A DNA stretch of 64,000 bases, taken from the IMG/VR virus record IMGVR_UViG_3300021429_002604, positions 63,439-127,438 of that record. The stretch is one strand, 5' to 3'. Under the pieces are notes generated by a model. The model worked only from the letters and a program-made list of their open reading frames with translations, searched no databases and was not told where the DNA came from. Within the stretch, counting starts at the first letter, position 1. Each line of letters starts with the position of its first letter. This DNA comes from a virus. A program made the position numbers and the translations under genes. Below are positions 29,926 through 41,358 of this stretch, piece after piece.

Positions 29926-32124
29926 ATGGCAAAGACACCATTTATAAGACCTTTACAAGTTCAGGGGGGTACATTTTATACCTTCAGTTCTTCCGCTGAA
30001 GATCTTTCTTTTACGTTCAATAACTCCGTTAATAAATTCAGGTTTTCTAAATTTGCTCTTTTAAATATTCCGGATATTGATAACAGTTCAAACTCTGGAA
30101 CAAATTATATTAGACTGAATGGACCTGATAGCGCATTTCTTGATTGGGCTAACAGCACTGGGTTAATTATAACCGGGGACGGAAACATTGATTTCTCACA
30201 AAGTTTTCAAAGCTATTGTTTGAATCTCGAATCAACAATAACTGGTACTGATGAGTACGATTCTACATTAAAACAAAATGTATCGGAGAGGATTTTCTTT
30301 AAGTGGTTAAGAGAAATCGGAGCCATTAGATTTAGAGCAGCAGATTCAACTGAGGTGGTTGCCACATTGGATCAGAACACGGTAACTACTGTCGATGGAC
30401 TACCAGTTACACAAAAAAGATATGTTGAGGGTGACGCAGCATCAGGAACAACCGGAGCTTATGGATTAACTGGAGCTGTTTACAATAATGTTATACAGTA
30501 CATAGGAAATCTTGACATAGTGAATTCGGTAAAGAATTCAACTAATACATACTCCGAAGTTTATGTTTATGTACCAACGAAAGATGGTAACACCCCGACA
30601 GTTCTTTTAAAGAATGTGGTTGATAAAAACTACTATCCAGATTATCAATGGAGCAATGATCCATCAAACCCACTGAATGACGAGTACCTTTTCGGAAGAA
30701 ATTATGACGAGGCAAATCCTAGCGGATTAACAACATTAGCTATTTTCGATGATGATGTGTTAGGATCTCCGGCTTCCAGCTATATTGACACTGGAGTAAC
30801 TGCTTCTTCTGTTGCAGGAAGTTGGTATTCACCAAGAGACACTGCAAACACATACTTTACTGATTCATCATTCGTCGATCCTTCTAACTACATCCTTACT
30901 AAGACGGATAATTCTAACAGTTTGACCTACGTAAGGAGTAAGCTAGATTCGATTGGTATTGATTTCAACCCGAACTCTTATCAGGAGATCATCTCAAATC
31001 CTAATATATCAACAATAGAGGAGTTTAATTCCACCGCAGACGCCTCAGATTTTGAGTTTAACGCAGTATTAATCTATTATGATGTGTATGATCCTGCTAT
31101 ACCTACAAATGTAGCTACGAACTTGTATGGAGTGTTATTCTTAGACGATGTAAATTCTGCTAGCGGTGACATCTTTATTCCTAGATTACAGAAACATAGA
31201 CCTAATCCTGTTACCAAATTAAATGGTAATTCGTATGGATTCAAGATAAATCTGAAGTTTGATACTGACGTGGATCAAACTGGTGTGGAGCAAGCAATAA
31301 ATGACTACTCTCCATTTTCTTTATCTATGTTTATGGATGCTATGAACGTCCTACAGGATGCTTCATCAACACTAAATAATGCAAGTGTTGACTTTATAAA
31401 TTTAAGTAATAGAGTTACAAACATAGAAAACATTACTCTATCTTCGCAGACAACGGCAAATCTAGAAAGAAGAATTGGTGGACTTGAACAATCATTTGCT
31501 GCTAATCAGGCTTTGTTTAATAACACACATTCAATAATGGATCTTATTAATCAGAATTATGATTTAGTGAGAGCTATTATAAACAATCAGACAAGCGTTG
31601 AAGTTTCATATAATCTTGATCTTTTTAAACAGGGGTCAGGAATCATATTAGATAGATCTACCCCTAACGAGGTAACCGTTAATAATGTAACACAAGATTT
31701 TAATATAGGTGCGAATTTAGGTAAGGGAACGCTCACACAAAACGGATCTAACGAGATCACGTTGCTTAATTTCTCGAATTACTTTAAACATGTTAATAAC
31801 GGAAATCCTCTAACATTAACTGGGGATTTAACCATAAGCATAAAGGATAATCCAATAAACTGGAAAAACGGGCAAAGGTTTAGATTGTCTTTTGGAGACA
31901 TTATTTACCCCGGTAATTATTTCATAAACATATTAACCAATTCTCAGGGTAAATATCCGCTATCAAATCCTAGTAACATTAGTTATTCGACTAATATAGT
32001 GACTCTCGATGATGATATCTTTGCATCGCAGGATTATAAACCAGTAATAGATATAGTTTGTATAGACTCTGAGAATCTAAAATTCCAGGTTGATATGATA
32101 GGAAAAAGCTTAACCAACAACTAA
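29926..32124 (+). CDS. Virion structural protein (internal coiled coil)
   Basis: 732 aa in the tail module, with a heptad-like segment (NLSNRVTNIENITL...NLERRIGGLEQ). Confidence 0.5.
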   Translation: MAKTPFIRPLQVQGGTFYTFSSSAEDLSFTFNNSVNKFRFSKFALLNIPDIDNSSNSGTNYIRLNGPDSAFLDWANSTGLIITGDGNIDFSQSFQSYCLNLESTITGTDEYDSTLKQNVSERIFFKWLREIGAIRFRAADSTEVVATLDQNTVTTVDGLPVTQKRYVEGDAASGTTGAYGLTGAVYNNVIQYIGNLDIVNSVKNSTNTYSEVYVYVPTKDGNTPTVLLKNVVDKNYYPDYQWSNDPSNPLNDEYLFGRNYDEANPSGLTTLAIFDDDVLGSPASSYIDTGVTASSVAGSWYSPRDTANTYFTDSSFVDPSNYILTKTDNSNSLTYVRSKLDSIGIDFNPNSYQEIISNPNISTIEEFNSTADASDFEFNAVLIYYDVYDPAIPTNVATNLYGVLFLDDVNSASGDIFIPRLQKHRPNPVTKLNGNSYGFKINLKFDTDVDQTGVEQAINDYSPFSLSMFMDAMNVLQDASSTLNNASVDFINLSNRVTNIENITLSSQTTANLERRIGGLEQSFAANQALFNNTHSIMDLINQNYDLVRAIINNQTSVEVSYNLDLFKQGSGIILDRSTPNEVTVNNVTQDFNIGANLGKGTLTQNGSNEITLLNFSNYFKHVNNGNPLTLTGDLTISIKDNPINWKNGQRFRLSFGDIIYPGNYFINILTNSQGKYPLSNPSNISYSTNIVTLDDDIFASQDYKPVIDIVCIDSENLKFQVDMIGKSLTNN

Positions 32125-32145
32125 TAAAATAAATAACCAAAGGAA

Positions 32146-35100
32146 ATGTCAGGAACACAGAATACAATAAGTTCTTTAGTAGCACAATTTTTAAGACTCC
32201 AGAAAAATTCATTAGAAATTATCAATGGATTAAATGAAGTTGCAGTTTCTACTAACAAAACCGTAAGTATAGAGGTTCTGGATGAACAGGGACTACCCAA
32301 GAATGCAAACGTGCCTTCTTATGGATATCTAAGTGGAGAAATTCAAAGACTAGATAACAACATAAAAGCTCTTGCAGGAATTGGAGACACTTCAGCAACT
32401 GTTAGAAATCCAGATGGAACATACTCTCAGGTTTTCAAATACGAGACTTTAAAGGAACCACCCAGATTAACTAATTTGGCTGTTCCTAGCACTTTTGGTG
32501 TTAAGGATAATTGGTTTTTTGAAAGTTTTCTAAGTCCTCTTCTTTATGTGAATATTAACGTCACTGGACAAATAGCTGATTCTGCAGACAGAATCGTTGT
32601 TAAAAGAATAATAGCAAACACACAAACCGAAACTCAGAAGGCTTATTTTGATCAGCAGCTAAAAGGTAGAAATGATCTTTCGTATGATCAATTCTTGAAA
32701 GCTCTTTCTGACAATGGAATTGGCTATTTCGTAGATGAGTCTATTGAGCAACTACCATTGAGAACTATAAGATATGTAGGTGGATTTGGAGTTCTTAGTT
32801 ATTATGATGATACGGTATCAGTAACTGACCAAAACGGAGCTACTATCCAGGAGGTGAGAAGAAACTATAAGCTTGATAAATTATCTTATACAGACACTCT
32901 TACGAACGTCGTAGATGGGAAAAGTTTGGATGTTGGTGATAGAATAGCTACACAGGACGGAAGCTTATACCAAATAACATCAATTGATAGGGATCAGGCA
33001 TCAATCCAGGCTAATAGAGTTTCTGGATATCAACCGATTCAATTAGGCTCGAATTCGCTAACAATATCTTCCACAGATTTTGGACCTAGATACGTCCAAG
33101 TAAATGTCGGATATGATGAGAGACAGGGAATATACTTTAAAACTATCGATGATAATTTTAATATCGTTAGTGCGGTATGGTCAACGGGTATAATTTTCTG
33201 GAGCAGCGAGCTTCAAACAACTAACTCGGACGGTGAACTAGTTTCTCTTGAGACCTATTACCTAACCCAGGTTTCTGATTTGGGTAAAGTTTTTCTTGGT
33301 ACAGCTAAGGAGAATAAAATACCTGCTATACAGGGTCTCACTCCGGATGCACCTCTATTGACAACCGACAGTTTCAAGGTTGTACAAATAAATAAGCAGG
33401 TTACCCAATCAACATCGGTTAAGGTTGTTGAGGATAAACTAAACGTTAAAACAACTCTTAGAAGCGAGATCGATGCTCTTGACGAGGCAATAGGTGATGC
33501 ACAGCTTCAACTTAATACAGGATTATCCAGATCCGATACTTATTCAGGAGGACGTAATCAATTCATTTCTAATCCTGATGATTTATCAGGAACAACTGAG
33601 GGAACAAGCTTTAATACAAGAATCAGAGATTATGTTGTTGAAAGTCCGCTAACAGCTCCTAGAGGTGTTAATATAGCTTCGATTAGAGCTAATCTTAACA
33701 GCTTAATCGATCAGAGAACTAAGAAAGCTCAATTGTATGCTTCACTTGTTGAGGAAGTTACGACATTGGTTCAGGATGTTCCCCAAATAGTAACTCCTCC
33801 TAAATACAGGGTTAGAGGATTTTGGCCGATTCCTGCTCCTAAAGTTGATCCTTCGACAGGAACACAGCAAGTAATCCAATTTTCGGTTAGATATAGATAT
33901 CTTAGCGACAGCGGATCAGCTCAACCCTCAGACCAGATCGAATTTGTTGACAATGACGGATTAAAGAAAAATGCTTCATTCTCAAATTGGACTGAGTACA
34001 AAACGGACATTAGAAAGAAAGTATATGACTCAAATAGGGGAATATATGTTTGGGCTGATGAGATAACATCGGATTCCAATGTGCAGAACATAAATCAGCT
34101 AGACATAGCTATAACAAAGGGAGAGAAACTTGAAATACAGGTAGCTTCAGTATCTGAAGCAGGATGGCCTGATAATCCATTAACTTCCGATTACTCTCAG
34201 TCCGTTACCGTATCATTTCCTGATGATCTTGCTGTAGAAGGTATATCAACCACACTAAGACAAAATAATGAGGACGCAGCGGTTGTGAAAGTTCAAAGAA
34301 ACTTAGACTCTCAGGGATTACCTAGCCACCTATCTCAACAGTTTACGTCTGGTGATAAGACATACTATCACGATTCAGTTGGTATAGCTAGTGGATTCTA
34401 CAATAGCGCAGGGGCGGTTATAAGTCTTTTTGATAAACTAACGGAGCTTCAAAATCAGATATCTGCTCTTTCATCTCAGATATCTACAGCTAAGGGAGTT
34501 CTTGAAATCTATATTGTTGATTCTAGCAGTAACAAGCTTAAGGTATCTAGAGGATCAACAGTTAAAATCACTTCAGGATTTTATAGTGATATTTTCTCCA
34601 ATCCTATCGGTGCGGATGCTGGTAAAATAGCTTCATTCACGTATAATATTCAATTATATAATGCTAAAGCATCAGCTGTTGAATTAGCTTCGGTTATACC
34701 TGGTGGTCTAACTGTTAAAGCTCCATCGACGATTTCTCCTCAAAATTATCCTGTTGGGTATGACGATAATCTTAGATATGGTGATTGCCCTATCTCTATT
34801 ACATCCCTAGTTTTAGCTGACTCCTCAATTGTTAATAATGCTTACTATAGACAAGCACCACCGTTTGCTTCAGCTAACTCATATTCTCAATACATCTATT
34901 CTAGATATAGAAGTGTTGGGTACGACCAACAGCTTTATACCGGGAATAATTTGGGATCGAGTTTCTCAACCAACTTTAGTGCTTCCTATGCTTATGATGG
35001 TGGATTAACAACGGTGAACTTTGGTCAGTCTGGTACATACCCTCAAAACGGTACGATTATGACACCTTATGATCCATCAGCAACCCCATCAACGGTTTCT

Positions 35101-35808
35101 GGAGCAACCGGATCGAATATTTGGAATGGAACATATTCAGGGACAACTGGTGGTACTCCTAACGGTGGTGGAGTTATTTCCGAATTCTGTATTGATAAGA
35201 GCCATCCATATTTAACTGCAGTTGGTACAGCATCTTCTTTTGTTAACTATGATGATTTAGTTAAGCCTTTCGCTTCATCCAATAAAGTTTATCCTCCATT
35301 TAGACACACACAAACTTTCTGGGGGGATACCACATTAGATTACTACTGGGTACAGCAGTCTTATAGGACACCAATTACTTTTGCTACCGGTGCAACCGCA
35401 TCGAGGGATGATAGGATGTATCCGGATAAATTAGGATTTACTGCCAATGACGAGTATTTAATAGGTAAATATTCATGTGGAGCATATCTTTATTTAGGAC
35501 CTCCGTCGGCATCAGCATTACAGGTCCAAGGAACAACGTCTCTATCAACAAAAACCTTATATGATGGAGATTCTAATGCAATAAACGTACCTTTGGTATT
35601 CCAATTTAGACCTGTTGATAAATCAGGTTATATTGGAGGATTTAGAAAAGCAGGGAACCTTACTAATATCACATATACAAAGAAAATAGGAATTGACGTA
35701 CAAGTACAAAATGAGGATTCATTTTCTTTCGATGTACAGATCAGTGGATCATATAAGAATGACACATTGGTTGCTCCTAACTTTGACAGTGGTCTTAGTA
35801 CAGTTTAA
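32146..35808 (+). CDS. Large virion structural protein
   Basis: 1220 aa with coiled-coil stretches (LFDKLTELQNQISALSSQI), co-oriented with the tail genes. Confidence 0.5.
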   Translation: MSGTQNTISSLVAQFLRLQKNSLEIINGLNEVAVSTNKTVSIEVLDEQGLPKNANVPSYGYLSGEIQRLDNNIKALAGIGDTSATVRNPDGTYSQVFKYETLKEPPRLTNLAVPSTFGVKDNWFFESFLSPLLYVNINVTGQIADSADRIVVKRIIANTQTETQKAYFDQQLKGRNDLSYDQFLKALSDNGIGYFVDESIEQLPLRTIRYVGGFGVLSYYDDTVSVTDQNGATIQEVRRNYKLDKLSYTDTLTNVVDGKSLDVGDRIATQDGSLYQITSIDRDQASIQANRVSGYQPIQLGSNSLTISSTDFGPRYVQVNVGYDERQGIYFKTIDDNFNIVSAVWSTGIIFWSSELQTTNSDGELVSLETYYLTQVSDLGKVFLGTAKENKIPAIQGLTPDAPLLTTDSFKVVQINKQVTQSTSVKVVEDKLNVKTTLRSEIDALDEAIGDAQLQLNTGLSRSDTYSGGRNQFISNPDDLSGTTEGTSFNTRIRDYVVESPLTAPRGVNIASIRANLNSLIDQRTKKAQLYASLVEEVTTLVQDVPQIVTPPKYRVRGFWPIPAPKVDPSTGTQQVIQFSVRYRYLSDSGSAQPSDQIEFVDNDGLKKNASFSNWTEYKTDIRKKVYDSNRGIYVWADEITSDSNVQNINQLDIAITKGEKLEIQVASVSEAGWPDNPLTSDYSQSVTVSFPDDLAVEGISTTLRQNNEDAAVVKVQRNLDSQGLPSHLSQQFTSGDKTYYHDSVGIASGFYNSAGAVISLFDKLTELQNQISALSSQISTAKGVLEIYIVDSSSNKLKVSRGSTVKITSGFYSDIFSNPIGADAGKIASFTYNIQLYNAKASAVELASVIPGGLTVKAPSTISPQNYPVGYDDNLRYGDCPISITSLVLADSSIVNNAYYRQAPPFASANSYSQYIYSRYRSVGYDQQLYTGNNLGSSFSTNFSASYAYDGGLTTVNFGQSGTYPQNGTIMTPYDPSATPSTVSGATGSNIWNGTYSGTTGGTPNGGGVISEFCIDKSHPYLTAVGTASSFVNYDDLVKPFASSNKVYPPFRHTQTFWGDTTLDYYWVQQSYRTPITFATGATASRDDRMYPDKLGFTANDEYLIGKYSCGAYLYLGPPSASALQVQGTTSLSTKTLYDGDSNAINVPLVFQFRPVDKSGYIGGFRKAGNLTNITYTKKIGIDVQVQNEDSFSFDVQISGSYKNDTLVAPNFDSGLSTV

Positions 35809-35838
35809 TTTAATGAATAAATTTTAAGAATTTAATAT

Positions 35839-38800
35839 ATGTCCGGAGCAAAGCTTTTCGATTATAATTCATCTTTTGCGGTTATAAGAACCAACCCTAA
35901 GTTAACTGGTAACTTGAAAATAACCATTGACTCCAGCAATGGGGTTAGTCTTAATTCACTAAGCGTTAATCCAACACTCAGCAATGACAGATTTAAGAAT
36001 TTCAACGTAACCGGAGAAAACAGCTTTGCTTTAGATGTTTTTAATTTCTTTGACAAAGGGACAACACCAGCTTCTAGTATATTCCAGGTCGGAGAATTTA
36101 CTAGAGGTTCTAGAGAACCAGGTAAACAGTTCGCAGAGCAATATGATTTTTTCTATGCCAGTGGTGCTTCTGCATTAGCTGATAAGAATTATTCCGAATC
36201 TTTTAGCTACTTTGCCCCACTATGGATAAAGAATGAAATACCGGATTATTTTGTTATTTTTAAGGTTCCTGGTCCTGTTAGTTATCCATACTCCGATAAT
36301 CAAACAACAATATCGGATGGTGTAAAATATAAACTTGTTCAGAATTACGATAGTACCAGCGATTTTACCATATCATATGGCAAGGATCCTTCTGGTAATG
36401 ACATCATATATTCTGCTGGTGATATATTTACCGGATCAAGTGACTATTCGACCTATACTATACTAACTGGGAGCGGAATAATAGTTCTATTTGACGAGTT
36501 AGCCAATTTGGGTGCGGTTAATGACGTGGAAACACTCTTTGATGATAAAATAATAACCAATCTTTCTGTAGTTAAAACATTTGATATCGGGGAGAACACC
36601 AAGATAGGTAAATATATTAGGTCCATATTTAACGATAAGCAGTTTTCAAAATCGCCAATAGATGTTAGTTGGGGTCCTAATGCTTATACATACTTCAGAG
36701 GGGTTTCTGTTACTGACGGTATATTTACAAGAAAGGGAGAAATACTTTCGCAGTACTATGCTAGTGATTCGTCTGATAAAATGATGGATTTCGAATCTTA
36801 TATAACATCGGGATTTTCGAGAAACAATATAATTTGTCCGAATTTATTAAACTTTGAATTTTTATTCGACGATCCAGATTCTGATCTATATACTATAAAT
36901 AGGTATCTAGGTTTTTATGTTTCTAAGAATGATATGGCATCTCTTAGAATGAATGGTAACTTTTTCTACGAATATCGGAATCTAGAGGGCAATAATGATT
37001 TACCTAAGCCTTCCCGAAATTCTTTCGGCTACTACTATGACAATAACAGCTACGGTGTAACAGCTTCTACTGGGGTTAGACTCTTTTATGAAGAAGCCAC
37101 TGGATTCCTGCCAGGATCTAACGATGTTAATTTACTAAATCCCCATAAATTATTCTATCTAACTGATAAGAATAATAATTTTTATACCTTAAAAAGGGAT
37201 GAAGGATATGTTACAACCGGGGGAAATTCACCTGCGTATTCGTACGGCCCATATAATAGTACTACCGGGCAATTTTCAGCAACTGGTTCGACCGGTGCTA
37301 CCATGGGATCGATTGTTGTCCAGGACAATTACTTGGATTTATTATCCTTTACTGGAACAGACACCAAGATAGCTTCTGTCCCTGGTGTCCCTGCATCACA
37401 GCCGGGAAGAGCATACTGTGATATTGAATTTTTAAAGCCATACGATCTTACTTCAGCTCTAACATTTAAGATATACTGGCCAAATGGAAAAAGAACTGAG
37501 GGCTCGAGAAAATATGACCTAGTGCAATCAGAAGATTTTTCTGCAATCCTGGTCTGGGTCGCAGGTTCCTATTATTCTACGGGATCAAGCTATTATTTCA
37601 ATGCTAGTTCAGGTACAACCACCGATATTTCTACCGGGCTTTCTAGCCTTCTTGACCTGGTTAATCCAGTATCATGGGAGAGTGGATCCAATTTGGGTGC
37701 AACCGTCATAAGATTAAAAGATCCAGGAACTTATGGAAACGAAGCCTACTCTATAAGTGTCTTTGATGACTATGTCTCTTTTGTTCTAAGTTTCAAAGGA
37801 ACATGGGTAAACACCAGCTCTTATTTAGCTGGTGATATAGTTTTATATAATGGAACCTATTACTCTGCAAATTCTAATATAAGTTCACCGTCACCCGGAT
37901 CATTTAATGTATCCCCTAATACATCAGGATGGACCGAATATTTGACATTCGCTAACAGCGGATATCTAAAAATAAACGGAACTGATGCTTCTGAGATAAA
38001 CGGAACTGTATATTTTGAAGGTGGGACTAGAACTAAGGATGCCAGAGTTATTTTTCCTATTGAATATGATGGATTTGTCGAGGCTGGGAATTTCATAAAA
38101 ACGACGGAGGGATATTCCATCATAACTAGCGTTACACGATATGTTGATGATCCTCAGAGAGATCCTACAACAAATAAGATAACGGGTTTTAATAACTTTA
38201 GTTATTCCAAAGTTGCTAACATCTCTGATTATGTGGCGAACGACCAAGCAAAAAGAAATACAATATCATATCCAAGAATAGAGCTAGGATCCGATAAATC
38301 ATTTAATGTGTACAGCACTCCAAATCTAAATATGGGTGTATTTACTTTCTTTGATACCAAGGAATTTGATTTCGATTTCTGGTCTTCCAATTATGGTTAC
38401 ACCCCAACAGCGGAGACTTATAAGTATTTTCAATTACCAATCGGAGCTAGCGGATCTATTTCTGCTGGTATACCTTATCTTGTAAAACAGGGGCAAGCAA
38501 ATTACAACGGAATTCTATATAATCAGGGTGCTATATTTTACGGTGTAACTGGAGCTAACTTCTTTACTGACGCCAGTCCAAATTTATATAAGGATCTTGT
38601 AGTTTTTCCTGCACAATACTCCAATGTTTCTTATAGTCCCTCAGCTACTAATTACGGAAATCAAATTGGATACAACGGTGATTTAAATGCTTTCAATGGG
38701 TTTATAGGAATACAAAGTCTAAATCCAGATCCTATATCTTCAACAGCATCGAAGAATCAGATTTTTAATAGAGGAAAACTTGGAACTGAATACGAATATT

Positions 38801-41355
38801 TAGAAGAAAACTATACACCAGAAAGAGCTAATGTATCTAGAATAGTTCCATTCATCAATAAATGGGTGTATTCATCAGGTACTGATGCTAGAGGAAATTC
38901 ATATAGGTTAAATGTTAGTCCAGCATTTACTCCAACCAATTTTTCACCAAGTATTGATAAGATTATTCCAGATTCTAGATACATCACTCATGAGTGGTTT
39001 TTATTGGAGGAACCACCTAGACAGTTCCCCATATCGGAAATGCAGAACCAAAATAGCTATCTCGCAGGAAAAATAGATTTAGCTAAAGCAAAGAGTGCTG
39101 ATCCTGCTGATGCTTTATATCTCTCCTCGTATTTTACTGTGGAGCCTCAGGACTACGATAGCGCATACTCCGATCCTGCATCATATACCAAGGAATTGTT
39201 CACCCCATTTACATATAATAAGGCAAATGGATATTACGAAACCTTATTTAGAGGGGTAAAGGTATATCTAAAGAAGAGATCAAATCTTTCAAATTCTGTT
39301 GCTGATTCAGCAGATAAATATATTCCCCAATATAGAGGATATGAGGATTATAAATTTGCAGCTATTATAAAAACTGTTATTGAGGATGACTCAAAAATAC
39401 AGGATCCAGTGAGCTACGAGATCATAGAAAATGCACAACAAAGATTCGTCCTTCTGATATGTAACGTTCTCATGAGAGATTATAAATCATTCCCTCTAGG
39501 ATATACTGGCGGAACCGGAGGAGATCCACAACTAGATTATACACTCCTATATTCACTAAGCAATAAGGAGAAGTTAAGATCTACTTTGGTAACGGGGCAA
39601 AAATACTATGAGATAGCAGATATAAAATTAAGTTCAGCTTTGGATCTTTCCTTATCATCAGGAAGCATAGTTAATACGGTCCAAAGCCCGGGTGTAATTA
39701 ATTATATCCCAAGTTTAACTTATGATACCGATTTAAGAGAGGAGATCAACACATTTTTTGTTGAAAATTCACCAGGTGCGACAGCTGGTCCAGATCCTGC
39801 TGGTAGTGGAAGTTTTAAAGTTCCTAGTATTTCAGGAACACCAACTTATCCATGGCCTATCGGGGTTGGTCCTAATTATGTTGAATTCGGTAAGATTGCA
39901 ACAGGTGCTGCAGCTTACACTTTTTCTATACCTTTTTCGGCAGCTAGTCCAGTTACTGTACCTGTTGGACCATCATCCGTTTATAAGAACCAACCGGTTT
40001 TTCAATTAGCGGGAGGTGAGAATTATTACGATTCGATATTGCAAAGAACCTCTGTAGCTGATGTGGCAAAAAGAATAAATTCGGGATCTACTTATATCTC
40101 ATACAAGACTTACGTATGGGATTCGATCAATTTGGTTACGATCGAGAGAGTTAATGACTTTAATCTCTATATAGAGAAACCAACTAGATTGGTTAAAACC
40201 AAGGGCACAAGATCTAGTAAATTTTACGGAGGACCACAAACTATAGGTGAATCTACACCAACCGGATATGTTATTCAATCGAACCAGAATCTACCTTCCA
40301 CACTATTAAGGTATTCTGGTGGATATGAACCTATGTTTAGAAAGGTTATCCATTTTGATAAAGATAAAACAGATACCATTCAGGGATATAACCAGTTGGA
40401 TCTATCGTTCAGAAATTGTAACTTTGCCCCATATAAATATTATTTTGGAATATCCAGGAATTTGGAATTCACTAAAATTGCACAAGAAAATAATATCCTT
40501 GCTTTGAGCCAGAATTTACCAGAAGGACCGGTTTATCCTTTGGTTGGTCAGTCACCGATTTGGAAAAAGGACTTCAATTTGTTTTCATCGTCATGGGATC
40601 CTGGTTATTATCAGAAATTTACAGGCGCTGATGTTTATGAAAACGTTGCAGGAACGAGATCGATGAAGGAATTCAAGAGTTTCCTTGGTTCAAAAATAAT
40701 GAAAACCCCGGATCCTCTATCCTTTAATAATTACATAACTCTCCAGATATCAAGAACCTCCGGAGACTCCGATGTTGCTGCAATCAATGGTAAGATAGAT
40801 TCGTCACTGAAATCTATACAGACAATAACACCATCAAATACAGGAACAGGGATTGGTAGCGTTGGTCCATATCTTTCGGGTGTGGATTATAATAAGATTG
40901 ATCTTTCAATATTCCCTGATGCTGAATTGGTTTGGCAATATTTCCCTGAAAATAAATTGGTGAGAGGAATAATAAGGCTAGACAGAATGTTGAGAAGATC
41001 CCTTTTAAATTCCGGAATAAAGCAAACATTTATTAACAACATCATATCAGACTTTGGAGTGGGCGATCCTGATTCCATCAATGATGATGTTAATGCTTAC
41101 ATCGATCTAAACGTTTCTCCGTTATACCAGGGTAATGTATTTGATTTATATGTAAGAAAATCATCAACACCAACTGATGCCAACTATATGGTAAGAGGAG
41201 ACATTGCTACTTCGGAAAAGTATAAACTTGAATATCTGAATGAGGCAAATTATAAATTAACAAAAAATGGGGATTTAATTTATAATTTTGAGTATAATCT
41301 AGAAACTAGCTATAACTACTCATTACTGTTTAATCTAGGAATAAAGAAAATATAA
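35839..41355 (+). CDS. Very large virion structural protein
   Basis: 1838-aa uninterrupted ORF in the tail module, Tyr/Ser/Gly-rich. Confidence 0.5.
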   Translation: MSGAKLFDYNSSFAVIRTNPKLTGNLKITIDSSNGVSLNSLSVNPTLSNDRFKNFNVTGENSFALDVFNFFDKGTTPASSIFQVGEFTRGSREPGKQFAEQYDFFYASGASALADKNYSESFSYFAPLWIKNEIPDYFVIFKVPGPVSYPYSDNQTTISDGVKYKLVQNYDSTSDFTISYGKDPSGNDIIYSAGDIFTGSSDYSTYTILTGSGIIVLFDELANLGAVNDVETLFDDKIITNLSVVKTFDIGENTKIGKYIRSIFNDKQFSKSPIDVSWGPNAYTYFRGVSVTDGIFTRKGEILSQYYASDSSDKMMDFESYITSGFSRNNIICPNLLNFEFLFDDPDSDLYTINRYLGFYVSKNDMASLRMNGNFFYEYRNLEGNNDLPKPSRNSFGYYYDNNSYGVTASTGVRLFYEEATGFLPGSNDVNLLNPHKLFYLTDKNNNFYTLKRDEGYVTTGGNSPAYSYGPYNSTTGQFSATGSTGATMGSIVVQDNYLDLLSFTGTDTKIASVPGVPASQPGRAYCDIEFLKPYDLTSALTFKIYWPNGKRTEGSRKYDLVQSEDFSAILVWVAGSYYSTGSSYYFNASSGTTTDISTGLSSLLDLVNPVSWESGSNLGATVIRLKDPGTYGNEAYSISVFDDYVSFVLSFKGTWVNTSSYLAGDIVLYNGTYYSANSNISSPSPGSFNVSPNTSGWTEYLTFANSGYLKINGTDASEINGTVYFEGGTRTKDARVIFPIEYDGFVEAGNFIKTTEGYSIITSVTRYVDDPQRDPTTNKITGFNNFSYSKVANISDYVANDQAKRNTISYPRIELGSDKSFNVYSTPNLNMGVFTFFDTKEFDFDFWSSNYGYTPTAETYKYFQLPIGASGSISAGIPYLVKQGQANYNGILYNQGAIFYGVTGANFFTDASPNLYKDLVVFPAQYSNVSYSPSATNYGNQIGYNGDLNAFNGFIGIQSLNPDPISSTASKNQIFNRGKLGTEYEYLEENYTPERANVSRIVPFINKWVYSSGTDARGNSYRLNVSPAFTPTNFSPSIDKIIPDSRYITHEWFLLEEPPRQFPISEMQNQNSYLAGKIDLAKAKSADPADALYLSSYFTVEPQDYDSAYSDPASYTKELFTPFTYNKANGYYETLFRGVKVYLKKRSNLSNSVADSADKYIPQYRGYEDYKFAAIIKTVIEDDSKIQDPVSYEIIENAQQRFVLLICNVLMRDYKSFPLGYTGGTGGDPQLDYTLLYSLSNKEKLRSTLVTGQKYYEIADIKLSSALDLSLSSGSIVNTVQSPGVINYIPSLTYDTDLREEINTFFVENSPGATAGPDPAGSGSFKVPSISGTPTYPWPIGVGPNYVEFGKIATGAAAYTFSIPFSAASPVTVPVGPSSVYKNQPVFQLAGGENYYDSILQRTSVADVAKRINSGSTYISYKTYVWDSINLVTIERVNDFNLYIEKPTRLVKTKGTRSSKFYGGPQTIGESTPTGYVIQSNQNLPSTLLRYSGGYEPMFRKVIHFDKDKTDTIQGYNQLDLSFRNCNFAPYKYYFGISRNLEFTKIAQENNILALSQNLPEGPVYPLVGQSPIWKKDFNLFSSSWDPGYYQKFTGADVYENVAGTRSMKEFKSFLGSKIMKTPDPLSFNNYITLQISRTSGDSDVAAINGKIDSSLKSIQTITPSNTGTGIGSVGPYLSGVDYNKIDLSIFPDAELVWQYFPENKLVRGIIRLDRMLRRSLLNSGIKQTFINNIISDFGVGDPDSINDDVNAYIDLNVSPLYQGNVFDLYVRKSSTPTDANYMVRGDIATSEKYKLEYLNEANYKLTKNGDLIYNFEYNLETSYNYSLLFNLGIKKI

Positions 41356-41358
41356 GAT